Under the pieces are notes generated by a model that made no database searches, was not told where the DNA came from, and saw only the letters and a program-made list of their open reading frames with translations. Both the position numbers and the translations under genes were made by a program. A stretch of 64,000 nt of DNA from Somniosus microcephalus (taxonomy: Eukaryota), in the NCBI GenBank assembly GCA_052327205.1, contig CM126222.1, positions 49,538,001 to 49,602,000 on the forward strand, given 5' to 3'. This document shows positions 1-13,455 of the stretch, piece by piece. The first letter of the stretch is position 1. Each line of letters opens with the position of its first letter.

Positions 1-248
1 GAGGAATTTCTTCTGAGGGTCGTGAATCTTTGGAATTCTCTACCCCAGAGAGCTGTGGAGGCGGAGTCAGTGAATATATTCAAGGTGGAGATAGACATAT
101 ATTTGAGCTACAGAGGGGTCAAGGGTTATGGGGAGCGGGCGGGAAAGTGGCGTTGAGGCCAAGATCAGATCAGCCATGATCTTATTGAATGGCGGGGCAG
201 GCTAGAGGGGCCGAATGGCCTGCTCCTGCTCGTATTTCTTATGTTCTT
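1..248 (+). mobile_element. CR1-clade LINE 3' end
   Basis: End of ORF2 (VNLWNSLPQRAVEA...IFK) followed by the ggccgaatggcct hairpin and ttcttatgttctt tail. Confidence 0.85.
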
Positions 249-472
249 AAACACAGTTTCATTACTGTCTGCATAAAAATAACAGCTGGCACCAAGTTTG
301 CTCTTGAACATCTATGCATTGTTTTTTTTTAGAGAATTTACAGCACAGAAACAGGCCTTTCGACCTGACCCATCTATGCCCATGTCGGTTCCACTTGGAC
401 ACTGCTGGACTAACAAGTCCACTGAGCATCACATTCCACAGAATTGAGTATGCAACAGAGCTTGAATCGATT

Positions 473-668
473 GGGGACAATCTTAACATAACCCGCCCGT
501 CAGGAAACCATGGGATTGGGTGGAACGCCAGTTTTACACCCCGTCCAATGTTAAACTGCTCTGCCTTCAATGGAGAGTGAAATCAGGTAGTGGGGGCGGG
601 GTGTAAAACCAGCTTTGCACCCGATCCCATCAGTCTCCCACTGGGCGGGTTAGCTTAAAATTGTCCCC
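473..668. mobile_element. Palindromic MITE (~196 bp), Harbinger-like
   Basis: TIRs ggggacaatcttaacataacccgccc / gggcgggttagcttaaaattgtcccc. Inner arms (ttttacaccccg / cggggtgtaaaa) also pair. Flanks are att/aat. Confidence 0.75.
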
Positions 669-3600
669 AATATGTGTATATACATGCTTTCATTTTTAGG
701 AGATGATTAAATTCATTGATTGGATTAATACACCCAATTTCAGCCCAAAAAGCTGTTATGCACTCGGCACATCTAGAGACTCTGAAAATGCCAAATATTC
801 TTGTAACCCATTTCTAATTTCTCGAAACATTTACTTCAGAATGATTTGAAATCACTGAAGTAACTTTTTATATTTGACTTATTTCTGCACAGTATCTATA
901 ATAATTATTGGTTTTAAAATAAATATTTCACTAGCCTGTCTGCAGGCACTATTAACTGGAAATACTATGCAAGAGTAAATAGGTGGAAGATGATAAATCA
1001 GATTCAGTGCTGTAGTAAGCCTCCAGAGGAAGTTGTCATTTTGCAGTAAAAACATTTCAGGGAAATATAAACAGAGTGTTTTATATTTCAGTAACAACTG
1101 CTACATATTTCCAGCTACCACATGATTTGTCATAAAATATCAATTGCACTGAAGCAACAGCCAATATGACCCAGCAACTTGTCAAGGTGAATAAATTAAT
1201 CCAGAAACATCCATGCCTTAAACCAAATATCATTAAACTTGCCATCATTTTTAAACTCTTAACACCTGAATAATGTGTCTTAAAACATAAGAAAATAAAA
1301 CTTGCATTTGCAGTATGATCCATCCCTGCAACAGAACGATTTTTAACACAGCACTATAGCTCACTATTGTTTTTGTTAAGTGCCACAATCCCTACTAATG
1401 TCCCACTGAAGGGCAACTCCTTAGAATACTTTGAGGTGCTTCGCCACAGATAGACATGGATCTGTACCTACATCCATCTAGCAATAATTCTGATTCAATG
1501 CCTACTTACCGTTCACCAACCAGATTTCACTATTTAACTGTTCAAAGTCTTTGGAAATAAGAATAGGGCGAGACGTAAAACAGACTGCCAATTCATTATC
1601 GCCCGCTTTACACTATCGCACAAAGTCAAAATTGCCCCCTCAGTCTTTCCAATCCGGCAATGATTAACTTGTGCAACTAGATGTCCAAGGACTCCACGGT
1701 CCCTGCCAGAATATTCATGAGAGAACGTGTTAGGTGATTGAGCTTCCTTGAAGGTGTCACATACTCTGCATTACAAAAGTCCCTCCTGTAGCACTGCAGT
1801 GGCGATAGCCCTGATTTGGAGAAGAGCATGCAAGTGCAAAGTGAAAGATGTCACGGAACCCTGCTGCAAATGTGCCCTGCACACTGTACTGTATGTACAA
1901 GTGCTGTAGCAAGGGAAACCGGTTCCTCTTATCCTAGAACTCTGGGGGGGCAGGGAGCAACAAACCCTTAGTGCCACCCCTTCCACGGAGACGGAGGCGG
2001 CATGTGTGAGTAGAGTAGAGACCACTTACCTTGGCTCTTCGGTGGATGCCTGAAGACTTTATCTGTATTGCATCCAGGTTGACTGGACATGGGGGACATT
2101 AATTAATCTGCTCCACCCCTCCTCCAGGCAGCTTGTCCTGTCGCCTGTGCAGGAAGGTAGTATTCTGGTGAACCTGCGCTGTACATTCTCTGCTTCTTTG
2201 TTCACACAGACAGACAAGGCTCAGCTCCCCCCTCCGACCACTGACACTCGCCCACTTGCTAAAGGAGCTAAGCGATGGCTATTTTGGTTTAAACCATATC
2301 AATAAAATATTCTAACACCCTGTAAGGACAGGCAACATCCCTTTTAAATGCTTTAGTTACAAATTTCCAGTATCCACAATATTTTGCTTTTGTATCCCTT
2401 TTTAAATGCTTCTGACTGAGCAGATTTTTCAGCTGGCAGCCAGTTGGCTTTCAGGCCCGATTCCCCTGCCATGTTTTCTATGCTGAGGGACCCTGAGGTA
2501 GTTGAAGGAATAGGCCTGACATTGCAAAATTTGGCATGGCCCACTCCCTGTGCTGCACCCGCAGTTGCACCCAAATCACGGACATGGGCAGTAACCAGTG
2601 TTTCCGGGATTGCAAAATCAGGGCTTACATCTTCATTTCATGGTATAGCCATTAATCTCTGCCTTCCTAGTGGACTGGAAGTGCAGCAGTTGTTTAGCCT
2701 ACTGTAGAAATAGTGTCACAGTCTAATACATCAGTTTACTGTATCATTTTAATATACAGTAATTGAACATTACAGTTATGTAAAGTATCAGGGTTATTGA
2801 TTTAAAACTTCTGTACAGTATTGTTTTATTTATTGGAAAATGCTTATCAGGAAATTAATGCACATTTCAGTTTCAGTTAAATAATTGAATATTAAATGCA
2901 TTTATTTAAGTTAACTAGAAATGTTGAGTAACTCCGTGAGACACAATGCTGTAGAATGTGAATCTCCAACACACTGTGCTATCGAGTAGTAGGGCATGGG
3001 TTCATGTCAGTGATTCCCAGGTCGTCCATTTCTAACCCAAGTCATGCCATTATGGGCAAGCACTGAGTGGAACCAATAGGCTTCCACAAAGGTAGGGAGG
3101 AAATATCGGAGGGGCAGTCACTGAGGCAGCTGTCAACTGCTTCCCAGTGGCCAGTTATAGAGTGGTCTTGTCAAAGGGCTAGGACCAGATTGTTGTGTTA
3201 GCCTAGAAAGATGTCTCATACAGAGAGACTTCAGGAGAGAAGTAGAAAAACATTCCCAGGCACTTCGCAGAGGCACAATCAGAAAAAAAAAATCACTGGT
3301 TTAATATCACAAAGTAGCAGAGAAATTTTGGAAACTAGAATATCTCTGAAGATCACTGTAACCTTTCAACCGACTAAAAGAACTGCCTTCTATTTCAGAG
3401 ATTGTCAAACATTTCCTTGTGGGAGATCTGCTGCAGACACTATCACACTCTCAGGGACCCCTGCCCTAAAGTCAATAGGCGGTGTTAGCACTGCAAAATC
3501 CGTGCCCTTTTCAGTGTCACTTCAATGCATGATTAGGACAAGTACATTTTTTTGCCAGGAAAATGGGGCAGAAGTTATTAACACCAGGCATCTGCCTCCC

Positions 3601-4755
3601 TGAAATTCCCTCATGCTTTTTGGCCCCTCTCACGATCTGCCCACCGGGTCCGAAGTGACCCAGTTAGCAGCTCTGAGTTTCCTGCTTTTACTCTAACAAA
3701 GCACTCAGGGTAACTTAAACTAAGAATGATATGGTGCAGCAGTTGCCAGCGTCAGCTGAGACGGGCAGAAGCGAGCAGCTCCTGAGCCTAAAAAGTGTGG
3801 AACGTTTCACTCGTGATTTCTGTGGCTGTGGACCACTTCTTGCAGCAGTATTTTTTTCCCATTCTGCCTATGCACAGCTTCTCACTGGTTCTGACAGGGT
3901 CAACCCCTTTAGATTCCAGTGAAGATGCAACACGCTCCATTGGTGCCTGCAACAAAGACAAATCTTGCCTGATGTTGCCACAAATGAGAGCTGTAAGCTT
4001 GAGAATCATGCCTGTCAGTTGCTGCACAGTCTCAGAGACTGACCTCAGAGCCTACACACAGGTGTGATGTTCCTAAAACATCCTTCTTTTCAGGCAAGTG
4101 CAGGAGTTCTGAATCCCATGACTCGAAAGCCATAGGCAGGCCTCTTCTCCAATGAGAAGGTGGCACATCCTCATCCACTTCCCACTCCTCCGACTCCCTT
4201 ATGCTCTGTGAATCATCTGGTGCCACATCCTTACTACCACCATCTAATTGTCTTGGGTGAAAGTATCTGAGCTGGTGCATGGGAGTGAAGAAGTGACACC
4301 GGGGGTGAGTTAGAGGTGCTAAGGCAGCGGAGCACGGAGCAGGAGCTCGCAGCTTTAACACATGGGTGCACTTGAGTCCAAATTCATCTCTTTTCAACTC
4401 TCTGTCATCATCCTCCTCATCATCCTAGTCCACAAGGAGCTAATTATTTCTCCATTCTTTCTCCTCATCATCATCTTCCTCCTCCCATGCCACTCGCTCT
4501 TATGGTGGATCTGCAGGAAAGGAGGGCAGAATGTAAGAATGGGCGAGCCGTACCCACTCACTGATTCCTGGTGCCACCTGCCCGCTGGCACTAATGAGCA
4601 GCACGGAGGATAATGGTGGGAGCAGGAGGTTGAACGGAAGAACAGATGGAATATGGAGTCTAGCAGCCGCGGATTGTGAGGGGACACTGGGGGCATGTGG
4701 GTACCTGAGATCAGGGGGCAGTGATTCTTTAACATAGTAATACATAGAATCTACA

Positions 4756-6296
4756 GCCCTAGAAATAGTAGATGCATTGCTGGTCATCTTCCAAAATTCT
4801 ATAGACTCTGGAACAGTTCCCATGGATTGGAGGGTAGCTAATGTAACCCCACTGTTCAAAAAAGGTGGTAGAGAGAAAACGGGGAATTATAGACCGGTAA
4901 GCCTGACATCAGTAGTGGGGAAAATGCTAGAGTCCATTATAAAAGATGTAATAGCAGAGCACTTGGAAAACAGTGACAGATTCAGACAAAGTCAATATAG
5001 ATTTACAAAAGGTAAATCATGCTTGACTAATCTACTGGAATTTTTTGAGGATGCAACTGGTAGAATAGATAAGGGAGAGCCAGTGGATGTGGTGTATTTG
5101 GACTTTCAGAAGGCTTTCGATAAGGTCCCGCATAAGAGATTAGCGTGCAAAGTTAAAGCACATGGGATTGGGGGCAAGGTATTGACTTGGATAGAGAACT
5201 GGTTGGCAGACAGGAAGCAAAGAGTTGGAATAAACGGGTCTTTTTCCGAGTGGCAGGCAGTGACTAGTGGGGTACCGCAGGGATCGGTGGTAGGACCCCA
5301 GCTATTCACAATATATATTAATGATCTAGACGAGGGAACTAGATGTAATATCTCCAAGTTTGCAGATGACACAAAGCTGGGTGTGCATGTGTGCTGTGAA
5401 GAAGATGCCGAGAAACTCCAGTATGATTTGGACAGGTTGGGTGATTGGGCAGATGCATGGTAGATGCAGTATAATGTGGATAAATGCGAGGTTATCCACT
5501 TTGGTGGCAAAAACAGGAAGGCAGATTATGATCTGAACGGCAATAGATTGGGAAAAGGGGAAGTGCAACGAGACCTGGGTGTCTTTGTGCACCAGTCGCT
5601 GAAGGTAAGCATGCAGGTGCAGCAGACGGTTGAGAAGGCAAATGGTATGTTGGCCTTCGTAGCTAGAGGATTCGAGTACAGGAACAAGGATGTCTTGCTG
5701 CAGTTGTACAGGGCCTTGGTGAGACCACACCTTGAGTATTGTGTGCAGTTTTGGTCGCCTTATCTGAGGAAAGATGTTCTTGCCATGGAGGGAGTGCAGC
5801 GAAGATTCACCAGACTGATACCTGGGATGGCAGAAATGACATATGAAGAGAGATTGGGTCGACTGGGCTTGTATTCGCTAGAGTTTAGAAGAATGAGAGG
5901 GGATCTCATTGAAACTTATAAAATTCTAACAGGAGTAGACAGACTAGATGCAGGAAGGATGTTCCCGATGGTGGGGGAGTCCAGAACCAGGGGTCACAGT
6001 CTAAGGATAAGACGTAAGCCATTTAGGACAGAGATGAGGAGGAATTTCTTCACCCAGAGAGTGGTGAACCTGTGGAATTCTCTACCACAGAAGGCAGTTG
6101 AGGCCAATTCATTAAATATATTCAAGAAGGAGTTAGATATATTTCTTAAGGCTAAAGGGATCAAGGGATATGGGGGGAAAGCAGGGACAGGATACTGAAT
6201 TTGGATGATCAGCCATGATCTCATTAAGTGGCAGAACAGGCTCGAGGGGCCGAATGGCCTACTCCTGCTCCTATCTTCTATGTTCTATGTTTCTAT
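4756..6296 (+). mobile_element. 5'-truncated young CR1 LINE (HER1-like), RT domain, one in-frame TAG
   Basis: ORFs 4777-5463 and 5464-6198 in the same frame: NYRPVSLTS, YLDFQKAFDKV, GVPQGSV, FADDTK. 3'UTR hairpin and ttctatg-repeat tail. Confidence 0.95.
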
Positions 6297-6603
6297 TAAA
6301 CTGTACAACTCCAACCCCAGTCCTACCGAACCTCAGAACTACCCCCTCAATTGAGCCAAACACCACAACCCTGCCACTTTCTCAGCATCCTTGCCTCTGT
6401 GCTGCTAAACTCCAGGAATGCCCGTCTTCTGCAAAACATCAGCACTTCCACAAGGATCCTGCCTAACCTCAGGATGCCTACCACAGTCTGCAACATATCT
6501 CACTCAGCTCTACCAAATGCTGCTGAACCTTACGCTCCCCTATTCTTCTAAACACCAGTGCCGAGAATATCCTCGAGGTTTCTCCCGATCAGCCACCACT
6601 ACC

Positions 6604-6987
6604 ATAGAAACATAGAAGATAGGAGCAGGAGTAGGCCATTCGGCCCCTCGAGCCTGCTCCGCCATTCAACGAGATCATGGCTGATCATCCAAACCCTAGC
6701 ACCCGGTCCCTACACCGACAGCCATCCCACCCAAGCCCTATCCCCGTAACCCCGTAACCCCACGTATTTAATCCCCCCTAACACTAAGGGCCAATTTTTA
6801 TCATGGCTAATCAACCTAACCTGCACACCTTTGGACTGTGGGAGGAAACCGGAGCACCCGGAGAAAACCCACGCAAACACGGGGAGAATGTGCAAACTCC
6901 ACACAGACAGTCACCCGAGGCCAGATTTGAACCCGGGTCCCTGGCGCTGTGAGGCAACAGTGCTAACCACTATGCCACTGTGCTGCC
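6604..6987 (-). mobile_element. HE1-type V-SINE (tRNA head, V core, HER1-derived tail)
   Basis: Minus strand ggcagcacagtggcatagtggttagcactg...ggttcaaatc (A/B boxes), core gtgtggagtttgcacattctccccgtg...ggtttcctcccacagtccaaag. The tail matches the CR1 3'UTR at 6200-6296. Confidence 0.9.
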
Positions 6988-7189
6988 TAGGCAGAAGATT
7001 AGCGGAAACACCGGATAGACACGTAAATGGGATTGCCGCCAATTTTCCACCAAAGTTACAGCAGCCGATTGGGTGACCCCCCCCAGGAGATTCCTGGCGC
7101 AGGTACTACCTCCAACATGATACATCTTAGCAACTGGCTGTGTCTATTTCACTTATGAAATGGTAGGAGATTCAAAGCTGAGTACGTAG

Positions 7190-8060
7190 GTGAAGTAGTA
7201 TATTTGTGGAAAAGGACGGAGAATGAAAATGTAACCTAACCGTTAAAACTCTCAATGGATTGGAGGAACAGAGAGTGGGTACAGATACACTAAGCTTTAG
7301 TACATCGAGCCATTGAACACACAATCAGGCGGAGATGATGAATCTGTACAAGACATTGATCAACCACAATTGGCGTATTGTATCTAGTTCTGTGCACCCC
7401 ATTTTAGAAAGGATATTCGAGTCATGAAAAAGTGCAGCGTAGACTTACTAAAGAAAGAACTTGCATTTAAATGGTACCTTTCATGTCTCCGGATGTCCCA
7501 AAGCACTTCATTGCCAATTAATTACTTTTAAAGTGCAGTCACTGTTATTTTGTAGGCAGACACAACAGCTAATTTGCACACAAACCAACAAGCAGCAATA
7601 AGGTAAATGATTAGTTAATCTGTTTTAGTGGCGTTGGTTGAGGGGATAAATATGGCCTATTCCTCTACTCCTGATCCTATTTTCCTATAAAGACAGTTGA
7701 GGTACAAACCATCCATGAACGAATTGGCTGAACAGCCTCAAGGGGCTGAATGTTCCTATGGCTAGGACACCAGGAGAACTCCCCTGCTCTTTTTCAATAG
7801 AGCTGTAACATATTTTACCTCCACCTGAGAAGGCAGACAGAGCCTCAGTTTAGCATTTCATCTGAAAGACAGATAATACCAGGGATGAGAGGATCCAATT
7901 ATGAGAGACTTGAACAGGATGTGTCCACTAGAGCAGAGAAGGTTAAGGGAAATCTAACAAAAGTATTCAAAGAGTTTGAAAGGGTAAAGAGTGAAAGATT
8001 ATTTATACTGGTCAGTGAATCGGTAACAAGGGGGCACAACCTAAAACTGTAGAAGGGGTG
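7190..8060. mobile_element. Degenerate CR1 fragment (+) interrupted by a DeuSINE fragment (-, ~7450-7870)
   Basis: Decayed ORF2-end sequence; aaagaacttgcattta...cccaaagcactt is the reverse of the SINE tail. Confidence 0.6.
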
Positions 8061-8690
8061 GTGCTAAAATCCTATAATGAAAGCAAATTCCAGTTTGCAT
8101 AAAATAAGTCATTTTTTCCACACACCTCCTATCAGCTAGTCATCGAGCAGTTTGCCATACAGCAGACCCGTCTTCCTTTTTGATCAGAAACGGGGTGGGT
8201 TAGAGAGGAGAGAGGTTGTTCTGAACAAAAAATCATTTTCACCTCCCTGGTCATCAAAACCCATTTCTCCCCAGTGCCTGTTGAATACGGAATATTTTGA
8301 AAGCATCAGCTAAATCTAATTTCACTGCACAAGGCTGCAGTCTATTCCATAATTTAACAACTCTTACTGTGAAGCAACACGGTGGAGGAACATGTGTGGC
8401 GCTATGAAATAATGAGACATGAATTTTGCACCAATGATCTCCTACACTGCCGAGTGTTTGATATTAGCCAGATTGTTACAGTGAAATGCTGAGTGGAGGC
8501 CACTGACTTCTGCAAAAGGAAAAAGGAAAAGTCAATGAGAACAACCACTCTGCCACACTTCCCAACAACTAGCTCGGAGCAAAACTGACAAAGGCCAAAG
8601 AGTAAGTCATCTGCCCATTCTCACAACCAGATTTGGTGTTGGTGCAGTGAGGTCTGAGGATAGGTAGAAAGCTGATGGAGCAGCACTTTG

Positions 8691-8935
8691 AATCATAGAA
8701 TCTTACAGCACTGAAGGAGGCCATTCGGCCCATTGTGTCTGTGCCGGCTCTTTGAAAGAGCTGGCCAATATAGCCACAGACCCGAGCTTTTTCCCCATAA
8801 CCCTGAAAACGAGTCCACTGCAAATACATGTCCAATTGGCTTTTAAATGTTCCTATGGAATCTGATTCCACCATCCTTTCAGGTAGTGCGTTCTAGATCC
8901 TAACAACCCTCTGTGTGAAGAAACTTCCCCTCTAG
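8691..8935 (-). mobile_element. CR1 LINE 3' end
   Basis: catagaatcttacagc...ggccattcggccc tail. The minus-strand ORF reads VESDSIGTFK. Confidence 0.75.
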
Positions 8936-8989
8936 TTTTGTTGCCGATCACATTTTCACACATACTTGTGAATTAAAAAACAAAACTTT

Positions 8990-10562
8990 GGGGGAGAAAT
9001 TCATGTGGTTTGCGCCACACATTAGCGTTACGAGATGGTGTTAAAATGCCGTTGAACGCTTTAACGCCACCTGAAGCCGGTTCCAGCGCTGCACACCATA
9101 TCGGTGTTGCTGGTAGCGCTGCAGCTGAACGCGATTGCCAGGGACCTCGCCATCACGAAGATCGTGACGTCAGTGAGTGTGCAATGCTCACTTGACACCC
9201 GATCTCCCAACTTCATTACAGCTAATGAACTTACCAGCTGGAGAAAACAATGACAGCTTCAGGTGGCGTGCAACAGCAGGAAGCCGGCTCCATCAATACT
9301 ACTTAAAGGGATCATCACCAATCACACTGACCTGACAAGCTTTTGAAGTTTGAGTGGCTGCGTGCTACTTCCTGCTACTGGAAGAGTTTTCTTTATTCAT
9401 TTCAAGGTTCTTTGGTATCAGGGAGTGTTGCGGCAAGTACAAAACTCCATAATTATTTCTGAAAAGCTCCAACCTACAACACTTGCTAAAAGTCATGGGG
9501 GCTGTAATGGCAGTGGACCTCGCCCTCCAGGATCTACGGCGGAGGGAGCGGAGGCAGCGAGACAATCGGTCTTCCGGACGGGCTGTCTGTAACCAGCTCA
9601 TCAGACTCCAATGCGCATGAATGAAACCCCAGATCCCCGTAGCTCACCATATCTCCATCATACAATCCCTGTCTTACGCCATATCACAGCATCCTCCTGG
9701 GTGCAAAAGTGAAATGAGAGAGACCAAAAAATATTCCAAACACCATCAATAAAATTTATCTATAAACATATCACACACATCACATTAATTCTAATAACTA
9801 ATAACCCTTGTGCCTGCCACAGTTGAATAGCTGTCATTGTGTGCAAGGTGTGAAATGTGGATGTGAGTGTTGGTAGGTAGAGAGTATTGGTGAGCAAGTG
9901 CTGGGGGTGTGGTGCATTGAGCAGTGTGTGAAGCCTGTGGTACAGATGGTGGTATGTAACATTTGTTGAAGCCTTCACTCACCCTGACCACCTCCTCCTG
10001 CACTGTGTGTGGGTCTGGGGGACCACAGTGCTGCCCGTAACGTGCTGTGCCACCTCCCTCCGCACAGTCCGGCAGACTTGTGGCGAGGGCCTCCTGCCAG
10101 TTGGCGGGTACAAGACCACCTGCCTTCTCTCCACCGTTAAAACCAATGCCTCCAAAGCTTCATCGGAAAACCTCCGGGCTCTCTCCCTGGGGCAGCAATC
10201 TGCCATCAGGATTTGTAAATAAGTGCTCCTTCTCCTTGTCTTTCTTCTTATGGTTGTTGAGGCAGCTGCACACCCAACAATGCTGAGAATGAGGTGCTGC
10301 AGCATTAATGAACCTTCCCTTTAAGCAGTGAAAAAAGCCTGTGGTAATTATTACTTGCGCTTAGACTACCCCTGATATTGGTCCATCTTTTCAGTGTAAT
10401 GCCAATGAGCTTGGATTTTTAGATGAGAATCATGACTGCAATCATTTTAATGAGGAGTGAGGATGAATTTTGCGTGCAGCCTAGACTATTTTCAACTTGT
10501 GCTACTTAACCATTTTTAGTCTGAACACTGCCCATTTCTTGGCCATAACGAATTTCTAGCCC
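8990..10562. mobile_element. Internally deleted PIF/Harbinger transposon retaining a Myb/SANT-like exon on the minus strand
   Basis: TIRs gggggagaaattc / gaatttctagccc and 3-bp TSD TTT. ORF 9979-10305(-) RARRFSDEALEALV...TQCRRRW is a Myb/SANT-like domain. Confidence 0.8.
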
Positions 10563-11050
10563 TTTTTAAAATATTTAATTTTAATATAATTACTCCTTAA
10601 GCCATATTTCCTTAGCTTGTAATCACGGCCCAAGTTCTCTTTCTTTGGGTCAACACAAGAAATGTCTTCACATCCATCCCACTGATTCTCTTTGTGACTT
10701 TTTGGCCTTTTGGCATTTTCTTCACCAATGATTCTCCCCATCTCTGCTGAAGACACTGCTCCCTTGCTGAGGTACAGTTCCACAGGAGTGAATAAGTTGC
10801 CCCATGGTCCACGTGACTATTATTCATGTGCAAGGTCTGTTGGTTGCATAGGCCTGATCATTTTATGCTAACTCCCACAGGTGGGATCAGCTTCATTTAC
10901 ATAACATGGCCAAGTATTTAGCCCATATTGGACTTGGTATTGGAAGCTTGCTAGAAGGGGCCAGGAAATTGCATGCAAGTAACCCTTAAAGGGCGGCTTA
11001 CAAAAAATGATGGTTAAATTAAAAGGGATGCAGCCACATGTGGAGATGAA

Positions 11051-12488
11051 GGCCCAACATTTGCGACTGGAGGCTTCCCGCGGGCGGATGCCCCCGACCT
11101 GTAAAATATCTACGCATTTACCTGGTGGCCCGGGAGATACGGAGGCTTATGATCCTGGGTCTTTCCGAGTACACGCGGGCAGAGGCCCACATATCCCAGG
11201 GGCGCATGCGGTTCGCAAGTGCCCCTGGGATCACATGGGCTGGCCCAACCAATAAAAGAAGGGAATCCCCATTCATACTTAATGGAGTTCTGAACGTACG
11301 GAACTCCCATAAAAATGAATGGGGATTACTTAAAAAATTCGTGAACACATGAAATAAAAAAAATAAAAAATTACATATTTAAAATTAATTAAAATGCCAT
11401 TTAATTAAATATTTTAAACAAAAATGTAATTTTTTGAAATTATGGGGGAGCAATTGAGTATAGCCCTGTTTGGGGCGCCAGCCTCGCCAGGGCGCTAAAA
11501 GTAGCGCCCCAGAAACATTCGCGCCCCCACACCGGAAATTGAGTGGTTGCGCCCCAAAGGGAAGCGCGGCGCTACTGGAGGCGCCCCACATCCCTCTTGG
11601 GGCTCTGCGAGTGAATATCGTGGTGCAACGTGCTGCAGCACCACACGCTGCGGCACGTCGCGCTGCGGTATTGCAGGCCTTCCTCCCCTTCTTAAAGGGG
11701 AGGGGCCTTGTGCAGCGTGATCTGGGGCCCAGCTGGGCCCCCGAGGATCGGGAGTGCAGGCAAAAGAGCCCGGCACCAAAGAGAAGTGCCGGGCTCTTGG
11801 AGCGCAGTCGGTACTCCGCGGGGGGGGTTCAGGAGGCCGGGGACAGGAGCGCAGGCAGGTGCCCAACAACAAAAATGGCCGCCCCGCACCTTGCCTTTAA
11901 TTTGCGCCTCCCCGGCCGCAGGTAGACCTCCCTGAACCCGTTGGACATAGCGTCCGGCGGTAAATCAGGGGGCGCTGCCGAATATCGCGGCCGGGGCGTC
12001 AGCGGGGCGCTGCGCACACCGATGATGTCATCCGCAGCGGCGTAGCGCTAACGGTTAGCGCCACCACTAACGTCCCACGGAATTTAGCGGGAGGCATGGG
12101 CAGTGCCGTGCCCGGGCGCCAGTTGGCTTGCAACCTATTGGCGCCCTCTTAAGGCACTAACGGGTGGCGCAACCAACTGAATTTCTCCCCCTATATGTTT
12201 TAACGGGGCTAAAAATAAACTTAACTTATTTTATTTTTCTATTTTTTAATAACTCTTATGCCGGTAATAGCAAGCCTTATGCCTGCCTTTACCAGGCGTA
12301 AGAATTTCACGGACATTCAGCAGGCGGAAGTTGGGCAAATAGTGCAACTCTCCACCTGCAGAGGCCCATCTCCCGGGTATGCGGAGGATCTGTCAAGAAG
12401 ATTCGCATGCCTGAGCCCGGAACTTGCGCGGCCCCTACGGGCATATGCACACTTCGTACGCACCCGTAGAGGTCGCAAAATACGGCCC
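11051..12488. mobile_element. Non-autonomous Harbinger-like element hosting a nested MITE
   Basis: Imperfect TIRs ggcccaacatttgcga / tcgcaaaatacggccc. The interior is similar to 30188-30929 (cccaggggcgca...ccctggga, ccaatcaaaa). Confidence 0.7.
11444..12191. mobile_element. GC-rich Harbinger-type MITE (~750 bp)
   Basis: TIRs gggggagcaattga / tgaatttctccccc and TSD TAT. Closely related copy at 61727-62453. Confidence 0.85.
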
Positions 12489-13036
12489 ATTGTGATTTTA
12501 GCCTTGGCAAAGGCTAATATTTTAATGTATATCTTAGCCTTTTCAAAGGTTAGTTGGGTAATAAAAATGCCTGACAAAACTCAGTGGCTATACAGTAACT
12601 GTGGAGGCACAAAGTTTGTGACCATGTGATGGAGTGGCATAACATTCTCAACACCACCTTCAGGTGAAGCAGAGTTAGAGAGGTGGGTAATTGAATCAGA
12701 GTGCACAGATTCCCCATTTTAAAGTCATACATTCAGTCCTTATTTTTATATTTCCATTATAAATTCCTGTCCAGATTTATAATGGAAATTGCCTAGGTCA
12801 GTGTTGGCTTACTAGCCACATGTGGCTAATTGGAAATCCAGATGTGGATAATTGCATTTCTGATTAGTAAATAAAAATGAGTATTAGACACCATCATTGG
12901 GCATGTGATCTCAATGCAGTGTACATTAATCTTTAATGCATTTGTTGGTGCAATGGTAAGATGAAAAGCACCATGTGCGAGTGTTGTTTGATTGTTAGTG
13001 TTTTACTTCCATGGTTACTGACTGATGGTAGATGTT

Positions 13037-13414
13037 TGTCAGGGAAAGGAACATTCTTTCCAGCCAGTGATAGCTTTAAGTATGGAAGGTTCTGTACAAC
13101 ATGGGTTAGCTGCAACATAAACCTTCTATGCACAACCAACAGTAGCTAAACGTACATCTGTATTGTGTAAGTGAATGTAAGCCATTTTCTACAAAAATTA
13201 GTGTATTTGGCTAAAACAATGCTGCTGTTGCAATTTCTATTGGATAACACTATGTAAACGTGTCAAGCTGTAATTCTCCCTCCCATCAGTGGTGGCGCTG
13301 TATTGCTTTTACCGGCAAAGAGGATGCAATTACAGCATGACAAGTTTACTGTGAACATAGGAATTTATCAGTAAAAAAGGGACTGTGGCAGTGTAAGGTT
13401 TTTAATGTATGAAG

Positions 13415-13455
<41 letters not shown>

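Noticed and set aside
1650-4730. Short ORFs and acidic stretches suggesting a gene
   Set aside because: They look like heavily decayed Harbinger Myb-protein remnants. Boundaries could not be supported.
4777-6198. Long RT ORFs as a host gene or novel RT system
   Set aside because: This is a 5'-truncated CR1 LINE with a typical tail and multiple copies in the window.
6900-6987. tRNA gene (also 20383-20455, 53550-53620 and 56125-56200)
   Set aside because: These are tRNA-derived SINE heads continuous with SINE bodies.
11385-12017. Cluster of overlapping 60-150 aa ORFs, repeated at 61722-62219
   Set aside because: These are a by-product of a GC-rich MITE with TIRs and TSD. The two copies differ by frameshifts and no domain is recognisable.
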